Below are positions 29,601 through 39,137 of a stretch of DNA of 64,000 nucleotides, piece by piece. Every line of letters starts with the position of its first letter. The first letter of the stretch is position 1. This DNA comes from a virus. Where the stretch lies: positions 1-64,000 of IMG/VR virus record IMGVR_UViG_3300027749_000093. The stretch is one strand, 5' to 3'. The notes beneath the pieces are model-generated. The model did no database searches, was not told the origin of the DNA, and was given only the letters and a program-made list of their open reading frames with translations. Both the position numbers and the translations under genes were made by a program.

Positions 29601-32600
29601 TAAATGACACACAAAAGAAAGTAGTTAAAGATGTTAAAAATGTAGTTAAAGCTGTTTCTAAATTAGTAGAAAAAACTACAGGAAACCCATTAGAAGTAAA
29701 CATACACGAAACACCATCTAGTTATGAAAAAGCAGTAATAGATGCAGGTGGAACAAAACAAGATTCTACTACAAAAGGATTTTATTTAGATGCTGATGGA
29801 ACTATCCATCTAAACATGGAAAGAGTTACTACAGATACTATGCTTCATGAAGGGTTTCATCCTGTTTTAGATTATATGGCTAAAAATAGACCTGATATAA
29901 TTGACAACCTACATAGTCAATTAGAAGGTTTAAAAGGTGGTAAAGAAGTCATAGATAACGCAAACAAACTTTATGAAGGTTCAGATGCAACAACTATAAA
30001 AAAAGAAGCAATTACTGATTTTATAGCAAAAGTAGCAGATGGAACAATTAAAATAGATAAAACAAATTTTCAAAAAGTAAAAGACTTTTTTGTAAATGCT
30101 GTAAATAAGTTAGGATTTGAATTAGGAAAAGATATAAATACTATTACTGACCTTAAAAAATTAGCAGAATTAGTTTCTGAGAAATTTACCAAAGGAGAAG
30201 AAATAGAAATTAAAAATGGTTCAAAAGCAAATTCAAGTGAAAGAGTACAATTTCAATCAGATTTTAAACATCAAGAAAGTGGAATAGAGTGGAAATATTT
30301 TAAAAATTCAAAAGAATTTAAAAAATTAGTAGATGATGGTTATGTAACTTTTGATAAAAATATAGATGATTTTAAAGGGGCAGTCGTACTTCATGCGCCC
30401 GATGCAGGTTTCTCAGGACAAATATTAAAAGATGGACAATTAATTGCTAATGGTAAGGGTGGAATGTATTACCCTATGGTGTTTCATGAAAATGGTGATT
30501 TTTGGGCAGCTACATCAAGAGGTGCATCTAAATTAGCAGAAACATTAAATGAAGCTAGAAAAAAATCTCCTGATGGTAAAGTTAGAATGGTTTTAATTTC
30601 TGCCCCAATTGATAAATTAATGTCTTCATCTTTGAATGGCATTGGGTTGGTAGATATTTTAACATCAAAGGCTTTTAGTGAAAAATCAGGTATTACTCCT
30701 GAGCAATTAAGAAAAGCTATAATAAAAGGCATAAAAACTACTGAAAAACTAAAGAATGAAAACAAAGATGGCATGAAACCATCTCAAAAACCATTACCTA
30801 AAATAACAGGTAATGAAACTATGGCTGATTTACATATAAAATTAAAAGATTTTTATCCTGCTGAAAATTCTGACTTTCCCGTTAGAAAATCTTTAAATCA
30901 AAATATACTAGAAGGAATTGCATCTTATTCATCATCTCCAAAAGTAGCTAAACAATTAGCTGAATTTCTTGGGGCAGGAACTTTTAATGAAAAACTTAAA
31001 AGCACAGGAGGAAAACTTTCAAGGGCTAATTTAACTCAAGGTTTTTCTAATATTTTAGCTGAACCTACATTAAGGGGTGAACAGTCAGGTAAAATGTATG
31101 CCATAATTGAATTAGGGGCAGATGTTAAGCCTGTAAAAACTTCTGAACATGAATCATACCCTTATACATTAAGGTCTACAGATGCCAACGAAAAGCCAAC
31201 TATACACATTTTATCTCAAAGAGATTATTGGTATAATCATGTAAATGATGAGAATGGCAATTCGATAGCAAGTAATAAAGAAAAACAAGCATCTATGCTT
31301 CCTGCATCAGCAGGTATTAGTTCGGTTGTAAATTTAAATCCAACTAAAACAGAAGGGGTTTCTCCATTAGCAGAAAAAGCAAAACCACAATTTTCAAGAG
31401 AAGAAAATGAAAATGAAGATATAGTTTCTGCATCTGTAAATGTTGCCCCATTATATTCTACTAGAGTAGATAGTCCTGAGCAAGCTGCTTTATTACAAAA
31501 TTCTGAATTTTATAAAGAATTTAAAAATAAAAATGAAAAATTAGCAGGTTATTTTAATTTAAAAGTTGATAATCAAAAAGATGGAATAGGAGGATTTGCA
31601 GGTGTAAGTGAAGTAACTACAGTAGTTAATGTAACAGGAAAGTTTGAAGATATTGTTAAATATGCAGCAATTAATGGTTCTTTAACTCCTGAAGTTCAGG
31701 AATCAACCATTGCAGGTATGTATGTAGAAAAAGGTAGCAAATACCATAATGCAGATAAGATAGAGGTTGGTATTAATGATATGAAAGCTGCTATGAGGGC
31801 TGTAAAAGATGCAGGATTTGATGAAAATGGTTATACTCTTTTAAACGATGAAATATCATTTTTTAACATACATGAATTTAAAATAGATGGTTTTGAAGAA
31901 AAAATTAATATCTTTGAATCTAAATACAAAGAATATGGAGGACAAATTACAAGAGAAGATTACCACGCAGTCAGAAGTGAATACATCGATGCTGAAAGAA
32001 GAAAAGCCATTATATCAAAGATTGATGGAGAAGGGTTACAGCGAGAGCAAGATAGGACAGGGCTTCGTAATGAATTGGAAAATGCCAAAGAAAGAAACGA
32101 AAACTTCTTAAATTGGAAGAAAATAAATGAATCTGATGCTGCTATAGAATATAGAGATTTAAGGCAAAAACAATTAGAATTAGCTGATAAAGGTGAATCA
32201 CTTTCTGATAAAGATGATGCTAGAATAAAAGAATTAGAAGGCAAATTATCTGAGCCATTAGCATCAATAATATCATCTGATAAAAAACAATACGAAAAAG
32301 CTAAAAAAGAAATAGACACTATAGCTAATGATGTTGCATCATTGGTAGCAGGTGGATTTAAATCTGAATTTGGTATTAAAAGACCTTCAAGGGCTGCTGT
32401 AAAAGTAGTTAGATGGTACGATGTTCAACCTAATTTATTGGCAGATGGTGCTAGGGCAAATGTAATTGTTAATACAAATGCTGATGCAGATTTTTTATTT
32501 AATGAAATAAAAAGAAGATTTAATTCCACATTAAATAGAAATGAGGGAGAAACCACTAATTTAGGTTATCCTAAAAGACTTATTGAATTAAGAACTAAAA

Positions 32601-35600
32601 GTGGTAAAATAGCCGAAATACAGGTAATGACACCTCAAGGCTATTTAGCAAAAGATGGTATTTCGCATTTTCCTGAAGATGCAAAATCAAAAGCAAAAGA
32701 ATCTTTAAAAGAAGTTAGAAATAAATTAGGATGGGATATACCTGATGGTGTAGGACATTATTTTTATGAAATACATAGAGACCCTAATGTTCCAAAATCA
32801 TTAAAAATACAAGCAGAAGAATTAAGTAATAAATATTATAAAGCATTTTTAGATTCAGAATCAAAACTTACAGATAGTGAATTTAGAAAAGATATTACTA
32901 ATTTTAAAGATAAAGTAGATGCTGCTAATAAATCTAAATGGGATAATGGCAATGAAGGAAAATCTCCAAAAACATTAGATAAATATTTAGAGCAACCAAT
33001 TTTAGAAAATAAACAACAATTTTCTAAAGAAGACCAAGATTCTAAAATAAAAGACTTTATAGAAATACAAAGACAAAAAGGTATTTCAGATAAAGACATA
33101 CAAGCAGGATTAGAAAAAGCATCTGAAAAGATAGGGATAGATAAGGCTAAGATAGATGAATTAATGTCTACTCCTAAAGTAAAAGAAAAAGGCGATTTAC
33201 AAAGCCAATACGATAGTATTAAATCAGAAAAAGCAAAGAAAAAATTCATTACAAAGAATTTTGGAGAAGTATCTGATGAACAACTATCTGATATAGTAAA
33301 AAACAACACAGATTTACAAACAATTAAAGATAAAATAGATGCCATACAAAAGTCAGGCGCAGGAGAAGTACTTCAACGCAAACAGGAAGGAGATGGAAGC
33401 CAAGGGGGTAAACGTGGAGGAATGGAACAAGGAGAGCAAGGGAATGAAACTACCACCGAGAAAAACGGAGAAGAAAATGGGAATGGGCAAAGGGTTGGTA
33501 TCTCCCATAAATCGTTAACTGAATTAGCTGATAAATTAGGATTAGAACAACCTCAAACAGGTGATGTTTTAACACCTGAAGAATATTCTGAAAGAGGTAA
33601 GTTACTTATTAAAAATGGTGCAGACCCAATAAAAGCAGCAGAAGAATTTAAAAAAGATAATAAAGTAAATTCTGATATAATATCTGTTGCTAGGGCGCAT
33701 TTTAATGAATTAATAAGGGATGCTAATGATGCACGAATAAAATTTGGCATTGGTAGTGAAGAATATAAAAAATCAATTAAAGAAGCAAATGATTGGGCTA
33801 AAAATGTCGTTAAGCCAATGGGAACTGCTTTTGGTGAAATAGGTCGTTCATTACAAGGGCAAGTTGATTTAGATACAGGTAATTTTGTTAGTGTATCAAT
33901 GGCTGTGCAAGAAAAGACAGGAAAAGATTTAAGTACAGAACAAACAAAAGAAGTAGAAAGATTAACAAAAAATGTTAGTGATTTAAATAACAAAATACAA
34001 GATTTAGAAAAAAAATTAACTGATACTATTAGCAAAGGTGAAAAAACTGAACCTAAAGCAAAAGAAGGAATAAAAGAAAAATCAAAAGAAATTGCTAATG
34101 TTATTAGAAAAGGTAAATTATCAAGACCTGATATATTTTCTTCTGCTAGTCCTGCTTCATTAGTTTGGGATGCAGCAGTAGAAATTACGGCTAAAACAGT
34201 AGAAGTAAGTGGTGATATTGCACAAGCTATTGCAGATGGATTAGAACATATTAAAAATAGTGATTGGTATAAAAATTCTGATTCCGATAAACAAAAAGCA
34301 GCACAAAAAGCCTTTAGAGATTTTGTACAAAATCAAGATATAAAAATAAAATTTGCAGAAAAGAAAGACAATAAGTTTACAACAGAAGAAGCAAAATCTA
34401 TATGGGAATATGCTAAAGAAGAATATTTAGACAAAGGAAGTGACTATAGAGAAATGCTTAATGGAGTTTCAAAAGACTTAGGATTAAATAGAGACCAAGT
34501 AAGAACTGCTATTTCTCAGCCAAAAGGTGCAAAAGAAATAACAGATGAAATGTATCGTAATATAAACAAAAGAAATAATGCTATTAATGAAGCAAAACAA
34601 TGGGTAGAAGAACAGGGTAATTCTAAAATTAAAAATTTTAGAAAATCTATTCCTAGTGCATTTTTTAAATTAAAAACATTTGGACATGGAACTGTAGGAG
34701 GAATTACTCACGCAGGTACTAATATATTTCAACCATCAAAATGGAAAAGTTATTTACCTTTTTTTGCTAAACAATTCAAGTATGCATTTGGTGATACTGC
34801 CAAATATGAAATGGCAATGGAAGATTTAAAAAATGACCCACAATTTACTTTTTGGCAAAGGGCAGGATTAGCGGTTGACCCTAAAATTAAATATGATGAT
34901 TATCAAGGAAATTATGTAGATGCAGAAGGAAAAATAAATGGTATTAAAAAATTGTTTAATAGATTGGGAGTTACAGGTGATAGAGGATTTAATGCTTTAA
35001 AAGTATATAGACTTGATTTAGCCAAAGGATTTTATGATAGATTATCTAATGAAGAAAAGGCTGACCCTAATACAGCAAAAGAAATAGCTAAATTAGTAAA
35101 TCATTCTACAGGCACAAGTGAATTAGATTTAGGAAGAGGTAGAATATCTAAAATTGTTAATACTACATTTTTTGCACCTAAATTAGAAGCATCAAGATGG
35201 CAAGGATTAATTGGAGACCCTGTAAAAGCAGCCAAAACATTTACAAATTGGAAAGAAGCTAGTCCTGCAGAAAAAGCAGGTGCTAAATTAGTTGCTAGAA
35301 ATGCAGGAGAAAAAATTGCTACTTATGTAGCTTTATTAGCAGCTAATTCAGCATTGTTATCATTAATGGGTTCTAAACAAAAAATTAATTATACTAATCC
35401 ATTAAGTTCTGATTGGCTTAAATTTAAAACAGGTGGCGGTAAAACATTAGATGTAACAGGTGGAACATTAGCATCTATGAAACTATTAGGTACTTTACTT
35501 GATAATACAGTTATAGGTTATACAGGTAATAAAAAACAATTATGGAAAAAACCTGCTGAAAAAGATTATCAAACAATTTTAACTCAAGCAAGATATAAAC

Positions 35601-35902
35601 TATCTCCTTTTGCAAGTACAATAGCAGATATAGTAGAAACTACAGATGCTATGGGTAGACCATTGCCATATTCTCATGTTAAACCTAAAAAAGGAGAAAC
35701 TCAATATACTATTGGAAGCTATATAGTACAACAACAAGCACCTATACCTGTTTCAGCAGGTGTTAGAGAAGCTATTGGAAGTATGAAAGAAAGAGGAATG
35801 ACAAATCTTCAAATAGAAGATGTATTAATGGGTACTTTATATTTTACAGTAGAAGGATTTACAGGTGCTAAATTAGGGAACGAACCAAAAAAGAAAAAAT
35901 AA
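26681..35902 (+). CDS. Giant polyvalent ejection protein (ART-like, zincin MPTase-like and RelA/SpoT-like domains)
   Basis: 3073 aa; VLHRGG...AEGYA (~28760); TMLHEGFH (~29840); IK...R...K, GY, EIQVMT, GH.FYE (32370-32780). Confidence 0.8.
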   Translation: MAEESVQPEVQDVNQEAPKTGEIDKLFNVVSSKGLYTKSKDEFIQKYSTPESVDKLFQVVSDKGLYTKSKGDFYSKYYPNLSSQKNTEQVGGLTAYSDSRQKTIPTEEIKRPSKLTDYTSAPLEMVSKAKATEVSRKPSTQPVRKIATEEKAAAEGTSTNLQLPTTLKGGQFGIVAEPQQEGELQQKLQKREDDKQTAIKNSLLNQGIKPNTQQYLQKERDLNNQLSNDNLVVDKDNSGEPKLFRSEGFAETLGKTIYNSFKAPIDAYDVNKISDPNQFVQKMNEQTEEESSKPSKILGSGAELIGGVVKPISLLALNAVAGGMGTTAMVAEAYYSALANEKRKLYIAGKQQGLSDVDAAKKAMDVATYTALPDAAMAFVMSGELGNLPKTVPAVADNTFKNALIKSGKSVLKIAALGGASEIGKIGVESLGGYKETLPNAIGRVWGSTAEWGKMDLGFRIIGGIIPAAGYLKAAAKNWLKNVPEELIQLKSEQYGDAGEKIKQSIADYKNAASNVEGYVPDEHLASFAGKIEKSNKLQDDITQKQLDKIGKPEFVQNKIDEEISDIQKQIDGINKEVNTAAKKGVEPKEIDDATGIEAGVEPKINVEPIKTETKLEKQAPEVQQPTETQKPTVEAITEVKPTTEKTETKTIEEVTPVVEEVKPTIAKEEVKPVKEVYDRNDTPINIDDIGEGFVLHRGGQEVLDKGFHSIDKIGAEGYAGDEGKTTSSTIKKDAKILKLVSGDSENYSDNAKDIDEFYRIIGEKERKKGSEWATGENPSDITTRLWDNKSAQEKLKKAGVDIVIGNTIDGVDAFVVNKDALEPISKPKSETPKEQVNAVAKNKTKKVKDNDNEQVIETVKSLLQVIKSAEARLSEYPKEASMQINEAIGLLKPFLDLLPESEKKSQLKQLTGTYPQLEGAKEQLKPKEEKTTADTVHDDLLTHLGIIEEPKGETKPAKKYTSKNIDTITEEGLNDTQKKVVKDVKNVVKAVSKLVEKTTGNPLEVNIHETPSSYEKAVIDAGGTKQDSTTKGFYLDADGTIHLNMERVTTDTMLHEGFHPVLDYMAKNRPDIIDNLHSQLEGLKGGKEVIDNANKLYEGSDATTIKKEAITDFIAKVADGTIKIDKTNFQKVKDFFVNAVNKLGFELGKDINTITDLKKLAELVSEKFTKGEEIEIKNGSKANSSERVQFQSDFKHQESGIEWKYFKNSKEFKKLVDDGYVTFDKNIDDFKGAVVLHAPDAGFSGQILKDGQLIANGKGGMYYPMVFHENGDFWAATSRGASKLAETLNEARKKSPDGKVRMVLISAPIDKLMSSSLNGIGLVDILTSKAFSEKSGITPEQLRKAIIKGIKTTEKLKNENKDGMKPSQKPLPKITGNETMADLHIKLKDFYPAENSDFPVRKSLNQNILEGIASYSSSPKVAKQLAEFLGAGTFNEKLKSTGGKLSRANLTQGFSNILAEPTLRGEQSGKMYAIIELGADVKPVKTSEHESYPYTLRSTDANEKPTIHILSQRDYWYNHVNDENGNSIASNKEKQASMLPASAGISSVVNLNPTKTEGVSPLAEKAKPQFSREENENEDIVSASVNVAPLYSTRVDSPEQAALLQNSEFYKEFKNKNEKLAGYFNLKVDNQKDGIGGFAGVSEVTTVVNVTGKFEDIVKYAAINGSLTPEVQESTIAGMYVEKGSKYHNADKIEVGINDMKAAMRAVKDAGFDENGYTLLNDEISFFNIHEFKIDGFEEKINIFESKYKEYGGQITREDYHAVRSEYIDAERRKAIISKIDGEGLQREQDRTGLRNELENAKERNENFLNWKKINESDAAIEYRDLRQKQLELADKGESLSDKDDARIKELEGKLSEPLASIISSDKKQYEKAKKEIDTIANDVASLVAGGFKSEFGIKRPSRAAVKVVRWYDVQPNLLADGARANVIVNTNADADFLFNEIKRRFNSTLNRNEGETTNLGYPKRLIELRTKSGKIAEIQVMTPQGYLAKDGISHFPEDAKSKAKESLKEVRNKLGWDIPDGVGHYFYEIHRDPNVPKSLKIQAEELSNKYYKAFLDSESKLTDSEFRKDITNFKDKVDAANKSKWDNGNEGKSPKTLDKYLEQPILENKQQFSKEDQDSKIKDFIEIQRQKGISDKDIQAGLEKASEKIGIDKAKIDELMSTPKVKEKGDLQSQYDSIKSEKAKKKFITKNFGEVSDEQLSDIVKNNTDLQTIKDKIDAIQKSGAGEVLQRKQEGDGSQGGKRGGMEQGEQGNETTTEKNGEENGNGQRVGISHKSLTELADKLGLEQPQTGDVLTPEEYSERGKLLIKNGADPIKAAEEFKKDNKVNSDIISVARAHFNELIRDANDARIKFGIGSEEYKKSIKEANDWAKNVVKPMGTAFGEIGRSLQGQVDLDTGNFVSVSMAVQEKTGKDLSTEQTKEVERLTKNVSDLNNKIQDLEKKLTDTISKGEKTEPKAKEGIKEKSKEIANVIRKGKLSRPDIFSSASPASLVWDAAVEITAKTVEVSGDIAQAIADGLEHIKNSDWYKNSDSDKQKAAQKAFRDFVQNQDIKIKFAEKKDNKFTTEEAKSIWEYAKEEYLDKGSDYREMLNGVSKDLGLNRDQVRTAISQPKGAKEITDEMYRNINKRNNAINEAKQWVEEQGNSKIKNFRKSIPSAFFKLKTFGHGTVGGITHAGTNIFQPSKWKSYLPFFAKQFKYAFGDTAKYEMAMEDLKNDPQFTFWQRAGLAVDPKIKYDDYQGNYVDAEGKINGIKKLFNRLGVTGDRGFNALKVYRLDLAKGFYDRLSNEEKADPNTAKEIAKLVNHSTGTSELDLGRGRISKIVNTTFFAPKLEASRWQGLIGDPVKAAKTFTNWKEASPAEKAGAKLVARNAGEKIATYVALLAANSALLSLMGSKQKINYTNPLSSDWLKFKTGGGKTLDVTGGTLASMKLLGTLLDNTVIGYTGNKKQLWKKPAEKDYQTILTQARYKLSPFASTIADIVETTDAMGRPLPYSHVKPKKGETQYTIGSYIVQQQAPIPVSAGVREAIGSMKERGMTNLQIEDVLMGTLYFTVEGFTGAKLGNEPKKKK
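26750..26912 (+). repeat. Two-copy 30-aa tandem repeat at N-terminus of giant protein
   Basis: DKLF.VVS.KGLYTKSK..F..KY at 26750 and 26840. Confidence 0.9.
33339..33518 (+). CDS. Nested +1-frame small basic protein (59 aa) inside giant gene
   Basis: MPYKSQAQEKYFNANRKEMEAKGVNVEEWNKESKGMKLPPRK...; resembles stand-alone MP(F/Y)KS.AQ small phage proteins. Confidence 0.7.
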   Translation: MPYKSQAQEKYFNANRKEMEAKGVNVEEWNKESKGMKLPPRKTEKKMGMGKGLVSPINR

Positions 35903-35906
35903 ACCA

Positions 35907-36479
35907 ATGTACACCGAAAAAGACTTTAACAAATGCCTATTTAACCCATGCAAAAAAGATTTATTTGTAGTATATCCTAGATTGATGACTATAAAAAATG
36001 TAAAGGAGAAACTTATAAGATATATCATAGCGGTATATGATTATAATTCTCCTATTGTAAAGGAATATAGGGATTTAAGAATTAGAAAGCAACAAGCAGC
36101 AGAATTTGCAGGATATAACCTATCTTCGGATGGCAGTTACCTAGAGTCTTTATTTAGCTTAAAGGACAATGATGCATTAGACTGTATAGATAGATTTATT
36201 AAGGAGTTTATTAATAGCCGATTATGGGCTAGAATAATGGCAGATGAAGAATTCTATTGGCAAACATTTAAGAGAATGACAAAGCCAATTGAAGATAGTA
36301 CAGATGGCAGGGATAAAGCAAATGTAGATGCATTTCTAAGTAAGGGTAAACTTGGCGAAGAAATGGAAAAAATCGAATTGAGAATTGATGCAGCATATAG
36401 AAAATTGTATGGTGATGAAGATGCGAGTAAGTTTGTTGTAAAACGTGCTACTCCTGAAGATATGGCTGCTACTAACTAA
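35907..36479 (+). CDS. Conserved protein upstream of terminase (terminase small subunit candidate)
   Basis: Position; YI...YDY.SP; helical. Confidence 0.5.
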   Translation: MYTEKDFNKCLFNPCKKDLFVVYPRLMTIKNVKEKLIRYIIAVYDYNSPIVKEYRDLRIRKQQAAEFAGYNLSSDGSYLESLFSLKDNDALDCIDRFIKEFINSRLWARIMADEEFYWQTFKRMTKPIEDSTDGRDKANVDAFLSKGKLGEEMEKIELRIDAAYRKLYGDEDASKFVVKRATPEDMAATN

Positions 36480-36483
36480 TCTT

Positions 36484-38517
36484 ATGTTTAAAAAAATTGA
36501 TGGCGCATCAGTAATTGAATTGCATGGGTTAACCATGAATATTCCGTCATTAGGATATGGTATATCTGAAAGTGGGGATGTAAAATCTGTAGAGGTATTT
36601 AAAAGAAGTAATGTAGATTCAGAACAATATTGGGAAGTAGATGCATTACCTGACAATTGGGAAGATTTAAGATATCAAGAAAAGCAAAAACAAGAGATAG
36701 ATGAAGACTATTTTGACCCAATCTTAGAAGAAATAAGGGCTAAATGGTGGCATAGAAGAATATACGGGGTATGGTTTTACAATAATGGGATGGAAATATA
36801 CCTTACAGGACTGCATTGGTTTTACCTTACTTGTTGGCAGCTAGATACAGGATTACCTTTATTTAGGATGATTGACTTAGAGGTATTTTATATGTGGATG
36901 TATTGTGTTGAAGACCCTGATTGTTTTGGATTGCTTTATACCTGTAAAAGGCGGAACGGTAAGACGGCAATTTCATCTTGTATGATTTACGAATGTATTT
37001 CTAGGAGTACAAGGGCTTTAGGAGGTATGCAATCCAAGACATTAGAAGATGCAGCAGAAATATTTGACTACCATATTGTACCTGCATTCCAACAATTACC
37101 TGATTTTTTTATACCTGTATACGATAAATCAAGGGGTAGTACACCTAAAAAAGAATTGCTATTTCAACTTACATCTGTTAAGGGTAGAGATTCATCGTCT
37201 AACTTTAGGGGAAAACAATTACGTTCTGTAATAGACTATAAAGAAAGCAATCCTAAAGCATACGATGGTAAAAGACTTAAAAGATATGTAGGTGATGAAA
37301 GGGGTAAGGTAGAGTTTGATGTAATACAAGGACATATTATGATAAGGAAGTGTCTTGTAGACATCCAAAGAAGAATTATAGGTAAGATGCTTATTACTAC
37401 TACAGTAGAGGAATTGGGTATTAAATATAGATATGATGAGTTGTGGAAGTGGAGTGACCAAAGAAAAAGACAAGAAGACGGAAGAACAAAAAGTGGGCTA
37501 TATAAATTATTTATTCCTGCAGATAGGTCAGGAGAGTTTAATGTATATGGTGAACCACACATACTAAAAAATCGGAAGTCCATACTAGAAGAGAGAGAAA
37601 GACTAAGAGACAGCCCTAGAGATTTAATTGCAGAGATAAGAAAAGAACCACTAACAGAAGAAGAAGCATTTAAAGTATCTAACAACGAATGCCATTTTAA
37701 TCAGCTACTATTAGAAGATGCATATTCAAATATTACTGCAATAGAAAAAGAAGTAATGTGTTATGGGAATCTAATATGGAAGGACAACAAAATGATGTCT
37801 GATGTAGAATGGAAGGATGGTGACAGGGATTCTAAATTTAAAGTACCTAAATCATTCTTAACACATTGGCTAGAAACTAGAAAATTTGATGATATAATAG
37901 AAAAAAGAGGTAACATATTTATACCTAAAAATTATATCAGATTCACGAGTGCTATTGACCCATTCGCAAATAACATTACAGTAGATTCTATAAATAGTAA
38001 GGCAGCAAGCTATGTATACAATAGACATGATAATAGTGTAATGTCTAAGACTTTTGATAAATCGTTCATATGGCAGTACCATGCAAGACCTAACACAACA
38101 TCCTTGCAGAATGAGGATATGATTAAACAATGTTTCTTTTTTGGATGCCAATTATTAATAGAAAATAACAGAGAGGGTGGTATAAGAAATGACTTCAAAA
38201 ACTTTGGTTGTGAAGCATTTATGATGAAGCTAGACCAATATCCTGACTATGGAATCCCATCATCAGAATCAAATAAATCACTAGGAGTAAACTTACTAGA
38301 ACAACACATAGAAAGGGAAGGAAGAGACAACAAAATATACTTTTCTGAATTAATATACGATTTGATACGTTTTAATGTAAACGAAACAGAGAAATCTAAT
38401 TTATCAATGGCAGCTATGTGGACACTTGTAGCATCTTATTATAAGCAATACAACATAAAAACAGATACAAAAGCTATTCAAGTAGGAGATTTCTTCAAAA
38501 AGAAAAAAATAGTATAA
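36484..38517 (+). CDS. terL: Terminase large subunit
   Basis: YLTGLHWFYL; KRRNGKT Walker A; YVGDERGK Walker B; IDPF and IENN nuclease motifs; ATG at 36484. Confidence 0.9.
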   Translation: MFKKIDGASVIELHGLTMNIPSLGYGISESGDVKSVEVFKRSNVDSEQYWEVDALPDNWEDLRYQEKQKQEIDEDYFDPILEEIRAKWWHRRIYGVWFYNNGMEIYLTGLHWFYLTCWQLDTGLPLFRMIDLEVFYMWMYCVEDPDCFGLLYTCKRRNGKTAISSCMIYECISRSTRALGGMQSKTLEDAAEIFDYHIVPAFQQLPDFFIPVYDKSRGSTPKKELLFQLTSVKGRDSSSNFRGKQLRSVIDYKESNPKAYDGKRLKRYVGDERGKVEFDVIQGHIMIRKCLVDIQRRIIGKMLITTTVEELGIKYRYDELWKWSDQRKRQEDGRTKSGLYKLFIPADRSGEFNVYGEPHILKNRKSILEERERLRDSPRDLIAEIRKEPLTEEEAFKVSNNECHFNQLLLEDAYSNITAIEKEVMCYGNLIWKDNKMMSDVEWKDGDRDSKFKVPKSFLTHWLETRKFDDIIEKRGNIFIPKNYIRFTSAIDPFANNITVDSINSKAASYVYNRHDNSVMSKTFDKSFIWQYHARPNTTSLQNEDMIKQCFFFGCQLLIENNREGGIRNDFKNFGCEAFMMKLDQYPDYGIPSSESNKSLGVNLLEQHIEREGRDNKIYFSELIYDLIRFNVNETEKSNLSMAAMWTLVASYYKQYNIKTDTKAIQVGDFFKKKKIV

Positions 38518-39137
38518 TGTGGACAGATTTTTTTGACCGTATAGTAGTAATAAATCTACCCAAAAGAGTAGATAGACTAATAGAAGTATCAGAAGAACTT
38601 GACAATTACGGAATTGAATTTGACTTAGTTGATGGAATAGAACATGAAAAAGGCGCAGAAGGGTTAAGACAAACAGTAGAAAACATACTAAAAGATTCTA
38701 TACAAAAGAAGCACAAAGCAATATTGATATTTGAAGATGATTGTTTATTCGTAGAACCAAAGGATGTAGTAGATAGGACAATGGAAGATGCCATAAAAGA
38801 CTTACCTGAATATTGGCACATATTATACCTATCTGCACAAGCTACAGATGGTTTTAAAAGAAGACATTCATCCGCATTACTACAACTAGATAAGGCTTTT
38901 GCTACACATAGTTGGGCTATATCATTACAAGGTATGAAAGAAATCATTGCAGTAGGGCTAGAAGCCCCTATCGATAACTCAATAGTTGATAAGGTTCAAC
39001 CAATGCAAAGGTGCTTCATAACGTATCCAATTTTGACAACACAGAGGGCAGGGGTAAGTGACATAGGTAATACATTTATAGATTGGCATCCGTTTTTAAT
39101 TGGTAGGTATAATCAAAAATTAGCAGAATTAAAATGA
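38517..39137 (+). CDS. Glycosyltransferase family 25-like
   Basis: VINLP.R.DR, ILIFEDD, W.ILYL, THSW.IS, PID. Confidence 0.85.
   Translation: MWTDFFDRIVVINLPKRVDRLIEVSEELDNYGIEFDLVDGIEHEKGAEGLRQTVENILKDSIQKKHKAILIFEDDCLFVEPKDVVDRTMEDAIKDLPEYWHILYLSAQATDGFKRRHSSALLQLDKAFATHSWAISLQGMKEIIAVGLEAPIDNSIVDKVQPMQRCFITYPILTTQRAGVSDIGNTFIDWHPFLIGRYNQKLAELK

Noticed and set aside
28373-34035. Antisense ORFs in the ORF track (and similar ones opposite other long genes)
   Set aside because: F/S/L-rich shadows of A-rich coding strands with no motifs.
26681-35902. crAss-type virion RNA polymerase
   Set aside because: I found no DxDxD catalytic motif in a polymerase-like context; the motifs fit a polyvalent protein.
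36445-36483. Extended N-terminus of TerL (also the extended starts at 17038, 17892, 40509 and 8686)
   Set aside because: These overlap upstream genes or elements; downstream ATGs with better context were used.
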